From Candidatus Multivoradales bacterium (lineage in GTDB: Bacteria; Acidobacteriota; Thermoanaerobaculia; Multivoradales; JAHEKO01), in assembly GCA_965223155.1 (NCBI GenBank), contig CBDCVR010000015.1, positions 1 through 64,000 on the forward strand: a stretch of DNA of 64,000 nt. Reading direction: 5' to 3'. The notes below the pieces were generated by a model, which saw nothing but the letters and a program-made list of their open reading frames with translations, had not been told where the DNA came from and did no database searches. Each line of letters begins with the position of its first letter. The first letter of the stretch is position 1. Of the stretch, positions 18,845 through 27,179 are shown one piece after another. The position numbers and the translations under genes were made by a program.

Positions 18845-19795
18845 CTAGTTACTCTGCTTGGCCTGGACACGTTTCAGAATCCGGATGTCTCCGCTCAGGG
18901 TCTCGAAGCGCAGCTCGGTCCCCCCGGAGCCAATCCGAAAGCGGCCCTCGCCGCCTGTCCGAAGCACGTACTTGCCCCGCTTGCGCCGAGCGACAGGAAC
19001 CGGCGCTGGCAGCGCCTCGAGCGCATGCTCGGACCAGGCTTCGCCCCACTGGCTGGAGATCACCAGATCCGCCGCCAGATCCGCCGGCAGCGCCACCTCG
19101 ACTTCGCCGCTGATCGTCTTCCAGGTGCTGGCGGCACGCGGGCTGCCTTGGAAGTCGCCCCGAACCGAACCGCTCACGCTCTCGAATCGCCCCGAGCCCG
19201 ACACTCCGTCGAAGCGGACGTCACCGGTCACGTTCACCAGCCGGTGCTCGCCATCCACGTCCCGCAGGACCAGGTCACCGTCCAGCACCGTGCGCAACTG
19301 CACGTCGGTATTCCTGGGTACTTCGATCTCGAAGTCGTAGTGGACTTCGTAGCCCAGCTCCACGTGGTGTCCGGCCCACTCGCGCCGGTCGATCTTCGAC
19401 CGCCAAGGGCCATCGACGAAGAGCTCCAGCGTCCCCGGCGGCCGGTAGACGTCAAGCTCGACTTCGGTCCGGGCGCGTTCGAGCCAGCGCGCGCTCTCGG
19501 CCAAGACCGTCCGCTCGGCGCGCACCGCGACCGTGGTCCGGTCGGCGCCCGCGACGCGGACCCCGCCCCAGAGCGTGTCCACAATGAGCTGGCGGCGGCC
19601 GTCCGCTGGCTCGAGCTCGAACGTCTCGCGCACGGTCTCGGTCTCGGTCAGGTCCTTCGCCAAGTCTGCATCCGCGGCGCCGGTAAGAAACGCAGCCAGC
19701 GCCGGCACCAGTGCCAGCGCGGCGAATCGCTTCGCTACGCGGAGGGCGCCGGGGTTGCGGGAATCGTGCGGTCTCATGGCGACTCGTTCCTTCAT
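18845..19795 (-). CDS. DUF4097-family protein
   Basis: YDFEIEVPRNT, NVTGDV, SVSGSV, TISGEV, ETLSGDIRI; ATGA-coupled to the anti-sigma gene. Confidence 0.8.
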   Translation of the reverse strand: MKERVAMRPHDSRNPGALRVAKRFAALALVPALAAFLTGAADADLAKDLTETETVRETFELEPADGRRQLIVDTLWGGVRVAGADRTTVAVRAERTVLAESARWLERARTEVELDVYRPPGTLELFVDGPWRSKIDRREWAGHHVELGYEVHYDFEIEVPRNTDVQLRTVLDGDLVLRDVDGEHRLVNVTGDVRFDGVSGSGRFESVSGSVRGDFQGSPRAASTWKTISGEVEVALPADLAADLVISSQWGEAWSEHALEALPAPVPVARRKRGKYVLRTGGEGRFRIGSGGTELRFETLSGDIRILKRVQAKQSN

Positions 19796-20691
19796 CCGAT
19801 CGAGCTGGGCGCCACCGCCAGAAACCACTGGCGTACGTCATCGTCCAGGGCCTCCGAGGACAGAGCCCGATCGACGTAGGAGCGATCGGCCCTGGCCAGG
19901 GCTTCCAGAACGACGGCCTGAACCTGGGGCGACTCCTGGTCGCCGAGACAGCCGGCGAGCCCTTCCCGGACATCGGGTCGATCGATGGCCGCGGCAAGGG
20001 CCTCGACCGCCGCCAGGCGGACGTTGTCGTTGGGATCCTGCCGCAATCGCTCGAACAAGGCCTCGATGACCCGGGCGCTCGCAACCGGACCGTGGTCCGG
20101 CTCGTCCCGGGTCAATTCCCCGTCTGCCAGCGCGATCCCGCGCAGCCGCTCGCTGGCGGCCTGGTGGTCCATGAGGGCAATCGAGACGGCCTCGGTAACC
20201 TGGCGCATCTCGGCCCGAAGCTCTCCGACTTCATTCCGGGCTCCGACGCCGCTGCCGAGCAGGAAACCGAGCCCGGCGCCGACCGCCAGAGTCGCCGCGA
20301 GAGCAAATCCCAGGCCCCGGTGCCAAGGACCCCGCAGCAGGCGGCCCCCTGCTTCTGATGGCTCCAATAGCTCCGATGCCTCCGGCCGCTCCGAGAACGG
20401 AATCGGCTCACCACCCTCTTCGCTCGCTTCCAACACGGCCGCCAGAGACGCCCTGAAGCGGCGCCGCATCCGGGCACTCAGCCGGGCGCTAGGCGCGGGG
20501 GCGGCCGTCAGTGCCGGATCGGCCTCCGGCAGGCGGCGCCAGAGGCGCTCCAGATCCAGAGCCTCCTCGCGGCAGGCGGGGCAACGGTCCAGATGCTCGC
20601 GCAGAGCCGATCCGTCCCGGGGCTCGACACCCTCCTCGAGGCAATCCAGCCAGCGAATCGAAAATTCTTTGCAGTTCATCGTCATCTCCAT
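19792..20691 (-). CDS. Zinc-binding anti-sigma factor (zf-HC2) - TM - HEAT repeats
   Basis: HLDRCPAC; TM GLGFALAATLAVGAGLGFLLG; ASERLRGI, DPNDNVRLAAVEAL, ESPQVQ. Confidence 0.85.
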   Translation of the reverse strand: MEMTMNCKEFSIRWLDCLEEGVEPRDGSALREHLDRCPACREEALDLERLWRRLPEADPALTAAPAPSARLSARMRRRFRASLAAVLEASEEGGEPIPFSERPEASELLEPSEAGGRLLRGPWHRGLGFALAATLAVGAGLGFLLGSGVGARNEVGELRAEMRQVTEAVSIALMDHQAASERLRGIALADGELTRDEPDHGPVASARVIEALFERLRQDPNDNVRLAAVEALAAAIDRPDVREGLAGCLGDQESPQVQAVVLEALARADRSYVDRALSSEALDDDVRQWFLAVAPSSIG

Positions 20692-20713
20692 GTCCTCGCT
20701 CGAGGCATACGCC

Positions 20714-21313
20714 CTAGCCAGCTTCCATGCCGGCCCGGGAGGCTCCTCCCAGTTCCGAGCCTTCCTCGGATGCGGCCAGCGTCCGGTACACGTCGCGTAG
20801 CTGGCGCAGCGCCCGGTGCACCCGAATCTTCACCGCCCCTACCGAACAATCCAGAATGGCCGCGATCTCTTCGTACTTCCGGTGCTCGAACCGGCTCAGC
20901 ACGAGTACCTCCCGGCGGCCTTCCGGCAGCCGGGCCAGGGCCTGCCGCATCCGCTCCCGGTCCTCGTCCCGTTCCAGGATCTCGACCGCGGAGGTCTCGG
21001 GGCTTTCGACCTCCGGAAGCTCCTCGACATTGAGCTCGGAATTTCGCGATCTGCGGAAGTGATCGTTGCAGACGTTTCTGGCGACCCGGTAGAGCCAGGG
21101 CAGGAACTCGGCCGATTCCTTGAACGACCGCCGGTAGCGGAGGGCGCGCAGGAAGGCCTCCTGGGTCAGATCTTCGGCCACTTCGGCGCGGCCGGTCAGA
21201 CGCAAGCAGAACCGGAAGATCCGTACGTGGTGCTTCTCGAACAGCTCGCCCAGCTTGCCCAGATCCCCGGCCTGGACCGCCAGCATCAACTCGGTGTCAG
21301 TGGGTGGGCGCAA
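20714..21313 (-). CDS. ECF sigma factor
   Basis: AEDLTQEAFL, WLYRVARN, LPEGRREVLVL, YEEIA..GAVKIRVHRA. Confidence 0.93.
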   Translation of the reverse strand: MRPPTDTELMLAVQAGDLGKLGELFEKHHVRIFRFCLRLTGRAEVAEDLTQEAFLRALRYRRSFKESAEFLPWLYRVARNVCNDHFRRSRNSELNVEELPEVESPETSAVEILERDEDRERMRQALARLPEGRREVLVLSRFEHRKYEEIAAILDCSVGAVKIRVHRALRQLRDVYRTLAASEEGSELGGASRAGMEAG

Positions 21314-21335
21314 CGGCTCGTCTCCTCACGCTAGA

Positions 21336-21365
21336 TAGAACCGGAGGAGAGCTTCGCAGGTTACA
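21336..21365 (-). promoter_or_regulatory. Candidate autoregulatory ECF promoter TGTAAC-N16-CGGTTCTA
   Basis: ECF-like -35/-10 just upstream of the sigma gene and its GAGGAG RBS. Confidence 0.45.
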
Positions 21366-21387
21366 CCCGGTGCCCGGCGCGCCGGCC

Positions 21388-22905
21388 TCAGCCTGACCCG
21401 ACGGCCCGCAACCGGATCGGGCGTCCCAGGGTCCGCCCGAGAAGATCCGCGGCCATCTCGACACCTCGGAGCTCGAGCGTCGGAGACGTTTCGCTCGCCA
21501 CCTCGACCCGAATCGCGCCCGGCTCGGCTTCGAGATCGACGTCCAGAGACCGGATTCGATGGCCCCGGGGACGGTCCAAATGGCCGGCCAGCCGCAGGCA
21601 GCCGACCAGAATGCCGAGGACGCGCTCGTCGTCGGGCTCGCAGCACGCCGCCAGCTCGCCCAGGCTGGGCTCGCCCTTTGCCAGGAACCGCACCATTCTG
21701 GCGATCAGGGCCTGCTCCCGGTGCGAATAGCCGTTGAGGGGAGCCGCCGACACCAGGTACTCGCCGTGGCGGCCGTGCCGGTAGTAGGAGACCGCCAGGC
21801 CGAGATCGTGAAGCTCGGCCGCGACGTGCAAAAGGTCCCGCTCGCTGTCACCGAGGCCGTGCAGGGGCGCCAAGCCCTCGAACAACTCGGCCGCCAAGCG
21901 GCGCACGGTCTGGGTCGCCCGCGGCGCTCGAGCGTAGTGCGCCAGCAAGTTGGCGACGCTGAACTCGCGCACGTCGGCGACTCGGTGGGGCGTGGGCAGG
22001 AAGTGCCGAAACAGCGCCCCCTCGCGAAGTCCATAGCCGGAGATGAAGAGGCCCGGGCGACCGCTGGCGCGCAGGAGCCAGCGAAAGACGAGGGCGGCGG
22101 CGACGACGATGTCGGCGCGGTCCGGCCGGACGCCGCGAATCCGGCGCCGGCCGGCGAGATCCAGGGACAGGAGCTCGTCGGTCAGGGCCGACAACGCCTC
22201 GGTAGTCACGAAGTATCCGTGCAGGCGATCCGACAGGGGATAGTCGATCCGCTTCTGGATCGCCCGGGCCAGGTTGCGCACCGAGCCACCCATGGCGATG
22301 AGTGGGGCGTCGTCGGCCGCCATCGCGCGCGCCCGCGGGCCCAGGAGCTCGTCCACCCGGCTCTCCAGAGCGCGAACGTGCCCGGAGCCGGGCGGATCGG
22401 CACGCAAGAACGACTCGGTCAGGCGCACCGCTCCGAGGGGAAAAGCCTCGCCGGCCCGGAAGTCCCGGCCGGCCATGCGCGAGAGCTGGGCGCTGCCGCC
22501 GCCCAGGTCCATGACCCAGGCGTCCTCGACCGAGAACGAGTTGGCGACCGCCAGGACTCCCAGGCGCGCCTCGTCTTCTCCGCTCAGCACCGAGATCTCG
22601 AGGTCCAGGGGCGCCACGCGCCGCAGAAAGTCAGGTCCGTTGGCGGCGTCCCGCAGCGCGCTCGTGGCCAGCGTCTCCAGGCGGCCGACCTGGGAGTTGC
22701 GCGCGTAGTCGGCGAAAAGCTCGAGCGCGGCCACCGCCCGATCCATGGCCGCCGCAGCCAGACGGCCCGTGCCGCCGAGGCCCTCGCCCAGCCGCGCCGG
22801 ATCCCGGAGCTGGTCCATCAACCGGAACCACCGGCCCGGTTCCATGTTGTAGACCACGAGCCGGGCGGTATTCGAGCCCAGGTCCACGATCCCCAGCCGC
22901 CGCAT
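21388..22905 (-). CDS. ppx: Ppx/GppA exopolyphosphatase
   Basis: VDLGSNT, ATSALRDAAN, SGEDEA, DLGGGSAQ, GGSVR, GLREG, LHDLG. Confidence 0.92.
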   Translation of the reverse strand: MRRLGIVDLGSNTARLVVYNMEPGRWFRLMDQLRDPARLGEGLGGTGRLAAAAMDRAVAALELFADYARNSQVGRLETLATSALRDAANGPDFLRRVAPLDLEISVLSGEDEARLGVLAVANSFSVEDAWVMDLGGGSAQLSRMAGRDFRAGEAFPLGAVRLTESFLRADPPGSGHVRALESRVDELLGPRARAMAADDAPLIAMGGSVRNLARAIQKRIDYPLSDRLHGYFVTTEALSALTDELLSLDLAGRRRIRGVRPDRADIVVAAALVFRWLLRASGRPGLFISGYGLREGALFRHFLPTPHRVADVREFSVANLLAHYARAPRATQTVRRLAAELFEGLAPLHGLGDSERDLLHVAAELHDLGLAVSYYRHGRHGEYLVSAAPLNGYSHREQALIARMVRFLAKGEPSLGELAACCEPDDERVLGILVGCLRLAGHLDRPRGHRIRSLDVDLEAEPGAIRVEVASETSPTLELRGVEMAADLLGRTLGRPIRLRAVGSG

Positions 22906-22946
22906 CGGCCGGTTATATCAAGGCGCTCGACTAGAATCCGGCTGCC
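22906..22946. promoter_or_regulatory. Back-to-back -10 elements for (near-)leaderless ppx and DUF72 transcripts
   Basis: Minus strand TGaTATAAC 6 nt before ATG 22905; plus strand TAGAAT (22932-22937) 9 nt before ATG 22947. Confidence 0.5.
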
Positions 22947-23651
22947 ATGTCGACGAAGCTACGCACCGGCACCAGCGGCTTCAGCTACAAGGAGTGGAAG
23001 GGAAGCTTCTATCCGGAAAAGCTCCCCAACTCCGACATGCTGGCCTACTACGCTTCCCGGCTGGCGGCCGTTGAGATCAACAACACCTTCTATCGCATGC
23101 CCAAGGCCGAGGTGCTGGAGGGCTGGCGGGCCAAGGTTCCGGACGACTTTCGCTTTATCCTCAAGGCGTCGCGGCGGATCACGCACTTCAAGCGGCTGGT
23201 GGGCGCCGGCGACGAGCTCGACTACTTCGCGTCCACCGCCCGCGGACTGGGCCGTCGCCTCGGCGCCCTGCTCTTCCAGTTGCCGCCCAACTTCAAGAAA
23301 GACCTTGGGCGCCTCGGCGCCTTTCTCGACCAGGTACCGGACGACGTCGCCGCCGCCTTCGAGTTTCGCCACGACAGTTGGTTCGACGATGAGGTGGCGA
23401 CGCTGCTCGCCGATCACAACCGCGCCCTCTGTCTCGCCGACACCGAGGAGCGTCCCGCCCCGATCGTGCGCACCGCCGACTGGGGCTACCTCCGGCTGCG
23501 CCGGCCCGGATACTCGGACGCCGAACTCGGCGGCTGGCTCGAGACCCTCACCGAGCAGGGCTGGGATCGGGTCTTCGTCTTCTTCAAGCACGAAGACGAG
23601 GCCTCGGGCCCGCGCATGGCCGAGGCGTTAGCGGCCCTGGCGGCAGGCTAG
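22947..23651 (+). CDS. DUF72 family protein
   Basis: GTSGFSYKEWKGSFYP, VEINNTFY, LFQLPP, EFRHDSW, YLRLR. Confidence 0.92.
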   Translation: MSTKLRTGTSGFSYKEWKGSFYPEKLPNSDMLAYYASRLAAVEINNTFYRMPKAEVLEGWRAKVPDDFRFILKASRRITHFKRLVGAGDELDYFASTARGLGRRLGALLFQLPPNFKKDLGRLGAFLDQVPDDVAAAFEFRHDSWFDDEVATLLADHNRALCLADTEERPAPIVRTADWGYLRLRRPGYSDAELGGWLETLTEQGWDRVFVFFKHEDEASGPRMAEALAALAAG

Positions 23652-23676
23652 GGTCGCCAGCCCCAGGCCCTAGGCC

Positions 23677-24513
23677 CTAGGGATTGGCCTCGTGCCGATC
23701 TAGCAGCCAGCGGGCGACGAAACCCAGACCCAGAAACACGGCCAGCATCAGCCAGTTCCAGCGATGACCGTAGGAGGTCGTCGGGAAGTGGCTGCTGATC
23801 ATGAGAAAGACCAGAGGCACCGCCAGGAAGGTGTTGTGCTTCGAGCGCTGCTTGGCACGCCCCGCAAGCGCCGCGTCCGGCGCCGATCCCGATTCCACCG
23901 CCGCCACGAGCTGGCGCTGAGCCGGCAGGATCCGCATCCACACGTTGGCCGCCATGATCGTTCCCATCGCCGCGCCCACGTGGATGTAGGCGGCACGGCC
24001 CGATAGCACCGTGCTCAAGGCGTACGCCAGGGCGATGAGAAGCCCCAAGCAGAGGCCGGCGGCCAGGCGCTCGGAGCGGGCAAGCCGAGACATCCAGATG
24101 GCGTCGTAGGCCACCCAGGCCAGAGCCAGAGCTCCGAGACCGACACTGACGGCCAAACCGCGGCCGGCGCCGCCCGGCTCGACCAGGACGCCGCCCAGGT
24201 AGTACACCACCACCAGCAGCGACACGCCGCTCAGCCAGGTCAGCGCGGCTTCCCACCGGAACCAGTGCACCTGGCCCGGCAGCCGCTCCGGCCGGCCCTC
24301 CTTATGAACCCGGTAGAAGCCGCCCGAGTGAATCATCCAGACGCCTTCGTCGGGGCTATCGCCCGCCCCGCCCTCGACCCGGAACCGAGTGTCCAACCAA
24401 CCAAACAGAGCCGTCTGGCCGATCCAGAAGATGCCGGCCAGAACGTGGAACCAGCGCAGGCCGAGGTGGAGCCACTCGTAACCCGAGCCGAGGAGCCAGT
24501 TGGTCCAAGTCAT
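23677..24513 (-). CDS. PuuD-like (urate hydroxylase N-terminal) membrane protein lacking the cytochrome c domain
   Basis: LRWFHVLAGIFWIG, WMIHSGGFY, HWFRWEAALTWLSG, GTIMAANVW..ILPAQ, RSKHNTFL, MISSHFP; no CxxCH. Confidence 0.8.
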   Translation of the reverse strand: MTWTNWLLGSGYEWLHLGLRWFHVLAGIFWIGQTALFGWLDTRFRVEGGAGDSPDEGVWMIHSGGFYRVHKEGRPERLPGQVHWFRWEAALTWLSGVSLLVVVYYLGGVLVEPGGAGRGLAVSVGLGALALAWVAYDAIWMSRLARSERLAAGLCLGLLIALAYALSTVLSGRAAYIHVGAAMGTIMAANVWMRILPAQRQLVAAVESGSAPDAALAGRAKQRSKHNTFLAVPLVFLMISSHFPTTSYGHRWNWLMLAVFLGLGFVARWLLDRHEANP

Positions 24514-25331
24514 CGGCCGGGCACGCTACCACGCTCGAGCAGGACGTAGAGGTTGAGGTCGCGCGTCCGGCCGTCCTCCAGAAAGGCAAACTCCCGCTCC
24601 ACGCCGGGCAACCGGGTGAGCCGGCGGACCTCGGTCCGGTCGGCAAAGTGACAGTAGCGCACCGCCTCGCCGTCGCCCCAACGCAAGAGATGGTCGCCCG
24701 GCTCGAGATCCTCGGCAGCGAGCCGCCCCGCCTCTTCGGCGAGCCTCACGGCCGGGCCGAGCTCGTCCCAGAACGCCAGCCGGCGCCGGAAGCGGTCATG
24801 GTCACCGAACTGCCAGAAGGAGAGCGCCAGCATGCCGCCCGGCCGGACCCGGGCCCAAGCCGATTCCAGAAACGCTTGGCGAATGGCAAAGGAGGGCACA
24901 TGATGCAGGAAGCCGAAGCACGCCACCAGATCGAAACAGGCGGCCCCGCCGCATCCGGTCAGGCCTCGGCCGACGAGGTCCCAGACGGCGAAGCGGACCC
25001 GCGAGCCGGCGGGCGGGCCGGCCCGGAGACCGGCCCGCGCCAAGAGGGCCAGGGAGGCGTCGAGCCCGAGGTAGTCCACCGGCTCCGCCCAGCAGGCCGC
25101 GAGCGCCGCCAGCAGACGGCCGTTGCCGCAGCCAAGATCCAGGACCGACGCCTTGGCATCCTTCCCGGCAGGCCCGAGGGCGTCCGCCGCTGTGCTCCCG
25201 GCTCGAGCCAGGCGTAGTACATTCCTCCAGCCCGGCCACGGGTCGCGCCGGCTGGCGTCGAAGGCCTCGGCGTGCCGCCGGTAGAAGTCCCGGTTGACCT
25301 CGGCCAGCAACTCCACGGTCGAACGCTGCAA
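24510..25331 (-). CDS. Class I SAM-dependent methyltransferase, Trm9/ALKBH8-like
   Basis: FY..AEAFDASRRDPWPGW, LDLGCGNG, FDLVACFGFLHHVP, RPGG..SFW, RYCHF; TTG start with AGGAAGG SD. Confidence 0.8.
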   Translation of the reverse strand: MQRSTVELLAEVNRDFYRRHAEAFDASRRDPWPGWRNVLRLARAGSTAADALGPAGKDAKASVLDLGCGNGRLLAALAACWAEPVDYLGLDASLALLARAGLRAGPPAGSRVRFAVWDLVGRGLTGCGGAACFDLVACFGFLHHVPSFAIRQAFLESAWARVRPGGMLALSFWQFGDHDRFRRRLAFWDELGPAVRLAEEAGRLAAEDLEPGDHLLRWGDGEAVRYCHFADRTEVRRLTRLPGVEREFAFLEDGRTRDLNLYVLLERGSVPGR

Positions 25332-25333
25332 CG

Positions 25334-27127
25334 ATGCCTTCCTATCTCGATTTCGAGCCCGAGGACTACCGGAGCGAGCTTATCGCCATCCTGACCGAGC
25401 TGGCCCGCCTGGACGAATTCGACGCCGCCGACCTCCAACGAGTGCTTCGCGGCCATCCCAAGGACGGGCGCGGCCTGTTCTCGAAGAGCGAGCTTGTGCG
25501 CGGCCTGCGGCGGTTCGGCGCCGAGCTGCCGCAGGCTCTGCCCGGCGACGGCGTCGAGCTTTTGGACCGGCTGCGCATGAAGCCGGTCCGGACCCTGAGC
25601 GGGGTCGCGCCCGTGACGGTCTTGACCAAGCCCTTTCCCTGCCCGGGCCGCTGCATCTTCTGTCCCAGCGACGTGCGCATGCCCAAGAGCTATCTGTCGG
25701 ATGAGCCCGGTGCCCAGCGCGCGGCCCAGCACCAATTTGACCCGTTCCTCCAGACCCTGGCCCGGCTGCTCGCCTACCATCACAACGGCCACCCCATCGA
25801 CAAGATCGAGCTCATCGTCCTGGGCGGTACCTGGTCGTCCTACGACGAGGACTATCAGGTCTGGTTTCTCAAGCGCTGCTTCGACGCTCTCAACACCTTC
25901 TCGAACGACCCAGAGGCCGGGCTCCCCGGCCTGCCCGACGCCAAGCCCGCCGTCGACTTCCGCCGGCTCGACGAGCGTGTCAACGGCAGGAATCTGGAGC
26001 GAAGCTACAACCAGGTGGTCTCGGACTTCGTGGCCCGCCGCCCGGACGCTTCCCACGCCGCCACCGCGGCTGCCGGGGAAACGGCGACCTGGCAGGAGCT
26101 CGAAGCCGCTCAGCGCGTCAACGAGTCGGCGCGGGCGCGCTGCGTAGGACTCTCGCTCGAGACGCGGCCAGACCACTTGACTCTGGCCGAGGCCGTCCGC
26201 ATGCGGCGGCTGGGGGCCACCAAGGTCCAGATCGGCTACCAGAGTCTCGACGATGAGGTGCTGGCGGCGAACCGGCGAGGCCACGACGTTGCCGCCGTTC
26301 GCGCTTCGATGGCGGTCCTGCGCCAGACCGGGTTCAAAATCCACGCGCACTGGATGCCCAACCTTCACGGCTCGACCCCGGAGCACGACCTGGAGGACTT
26401 CGAGCGACTCTTCGCCGATCCCGACTTCCGCCCGGACGAGCTCAAGATCTATCCCTGCAGCCTGATCGAGAGTGCCGAGCTCATGGCCTACTTCGAGCGT
26501 GGCGACTGGCGGCCCTACACGCACGAAGAGCTCTTGGAAGTCCTGAGCGGGGCTATGCTCCGCACCCCACGCTACTGCCGGCTGACCCGAATCATCCGCG
26601 ACATCCCGGGGACCGACATCGTCGCCGGCAACCGCCTGACCAACTTTCGCGAGCTGGCCGAGGAGGCGTTGGACGAGCGCGGGCTCCGCGCCCGGGACAT
26701 CCGAGCGCGCGAGGTGCGTGCGACCGAGCCGGATCCCGACGGATTGAGCCTACGAGTCACTGAGTACGCTACCGGCGTCGGCAGCGAGCAGTTCCTGGAG
26801 CTGGTCACGCCGGACGACCGCCTTGCCGCCTTTCTGCGCTTGAGTCTGCCGGCCAAGCCAGTACCCATCCCGGAGATCGCGATCGCGGCCATGGTGCGCG
26901 AGCTGCACGTTTACGGCCGCTTGCTCGCGGTCGGCGAGCGCCGTTTCGGGCCGGCCCAGCACAGCGGGCTCGGAGCTCGGCTGCTGGCCGAAGCCGAGCG
27001 CCGGGCCGCGGCGGCCGGATTCCCGGCGCTCGCGGTCATCTCGTCGATCGGTACCCGCGAGTACTACCGGCGCCGAGGATTTGGCGACGGCGTTCTCTAT
27101 CAGTCGAAGCCGCTCGAGGCGGCCTGA
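25334..27127 (+). CDS. elp3: Elp3 tRNA uridine(34) acetyltransferase (radical SAM + KAT)
   Basis: KPVRTLSGVAPV, CPGRCIFCP, MPKSY, GGTW, ETRPD, HWMPNL, PDELKIYP, RLTRIIRDIP, RELHVYG, QHSGLG, ISSIGTREYYRRRG. Confidence 0.93.
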   Translation: MPSYLDFEPEDYRSELIAILTELARLDEFDAADLQRVLRGHPKDGRGLFSKSELVRGLRRFGAELPQALPGDGVELLDRLRMKPVRTLSGVAPVTVLTKPFPCPGRCIFCPSDVRMPKSYLSDEPGAQRAAQHQFDPFLQTLARLLAYHHNGHPIDKIELIVLGGTWSSYDEDYQVWFLKRCFDALNTFSNDPEAGLPGLPDAKPAVDFRRLDERVNGRNLERSYNQVVSDFVARRPDASHAATAAAGETATWQELEAAQRVNESARARCVGLSLETRPDHLTLAEAVRMRRLGATKVQIGYQSLDDEVLAANRRGHDVAAVRASMAVLRQTGFKIHAHWMPNLHGSTPEHDLEDFERLFADPDFRPDELKIYPCSLIESAELMAYFERGDWRPYTHEELLEVLSGAMLRTPRYCRLTRIIRDIPGTDIVAGNRLTNFRELAEEALDERGLRARDIRAREVRATEPDPDGLSLRVTEYATGVGSEQFLELVTPDDRLAAFLRLSLPAKPVPIPEIAIAAMVRELHVYGRLLAVGERRFGPAQHSGLGARLLAEAERRAAAAGFPALAVISSIGTREYYRRRGFGDGVLYQSKPLEAA

Positions 27128-27139
27128 ACCGGCCGCCTA

Positions 27140-27160
27140 GTACCGCCGCACTGGCGGTAC
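27140..27160. terminator. Hairpin between convergent genes (possible terminator)
   Basis: gtaccgcc-gcact-ggcggtac 8-bp stem; no U-tract. Confidence 0.35.
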
Positions 27161-27179
27161 CCCAGTACCGCGACCGAGA

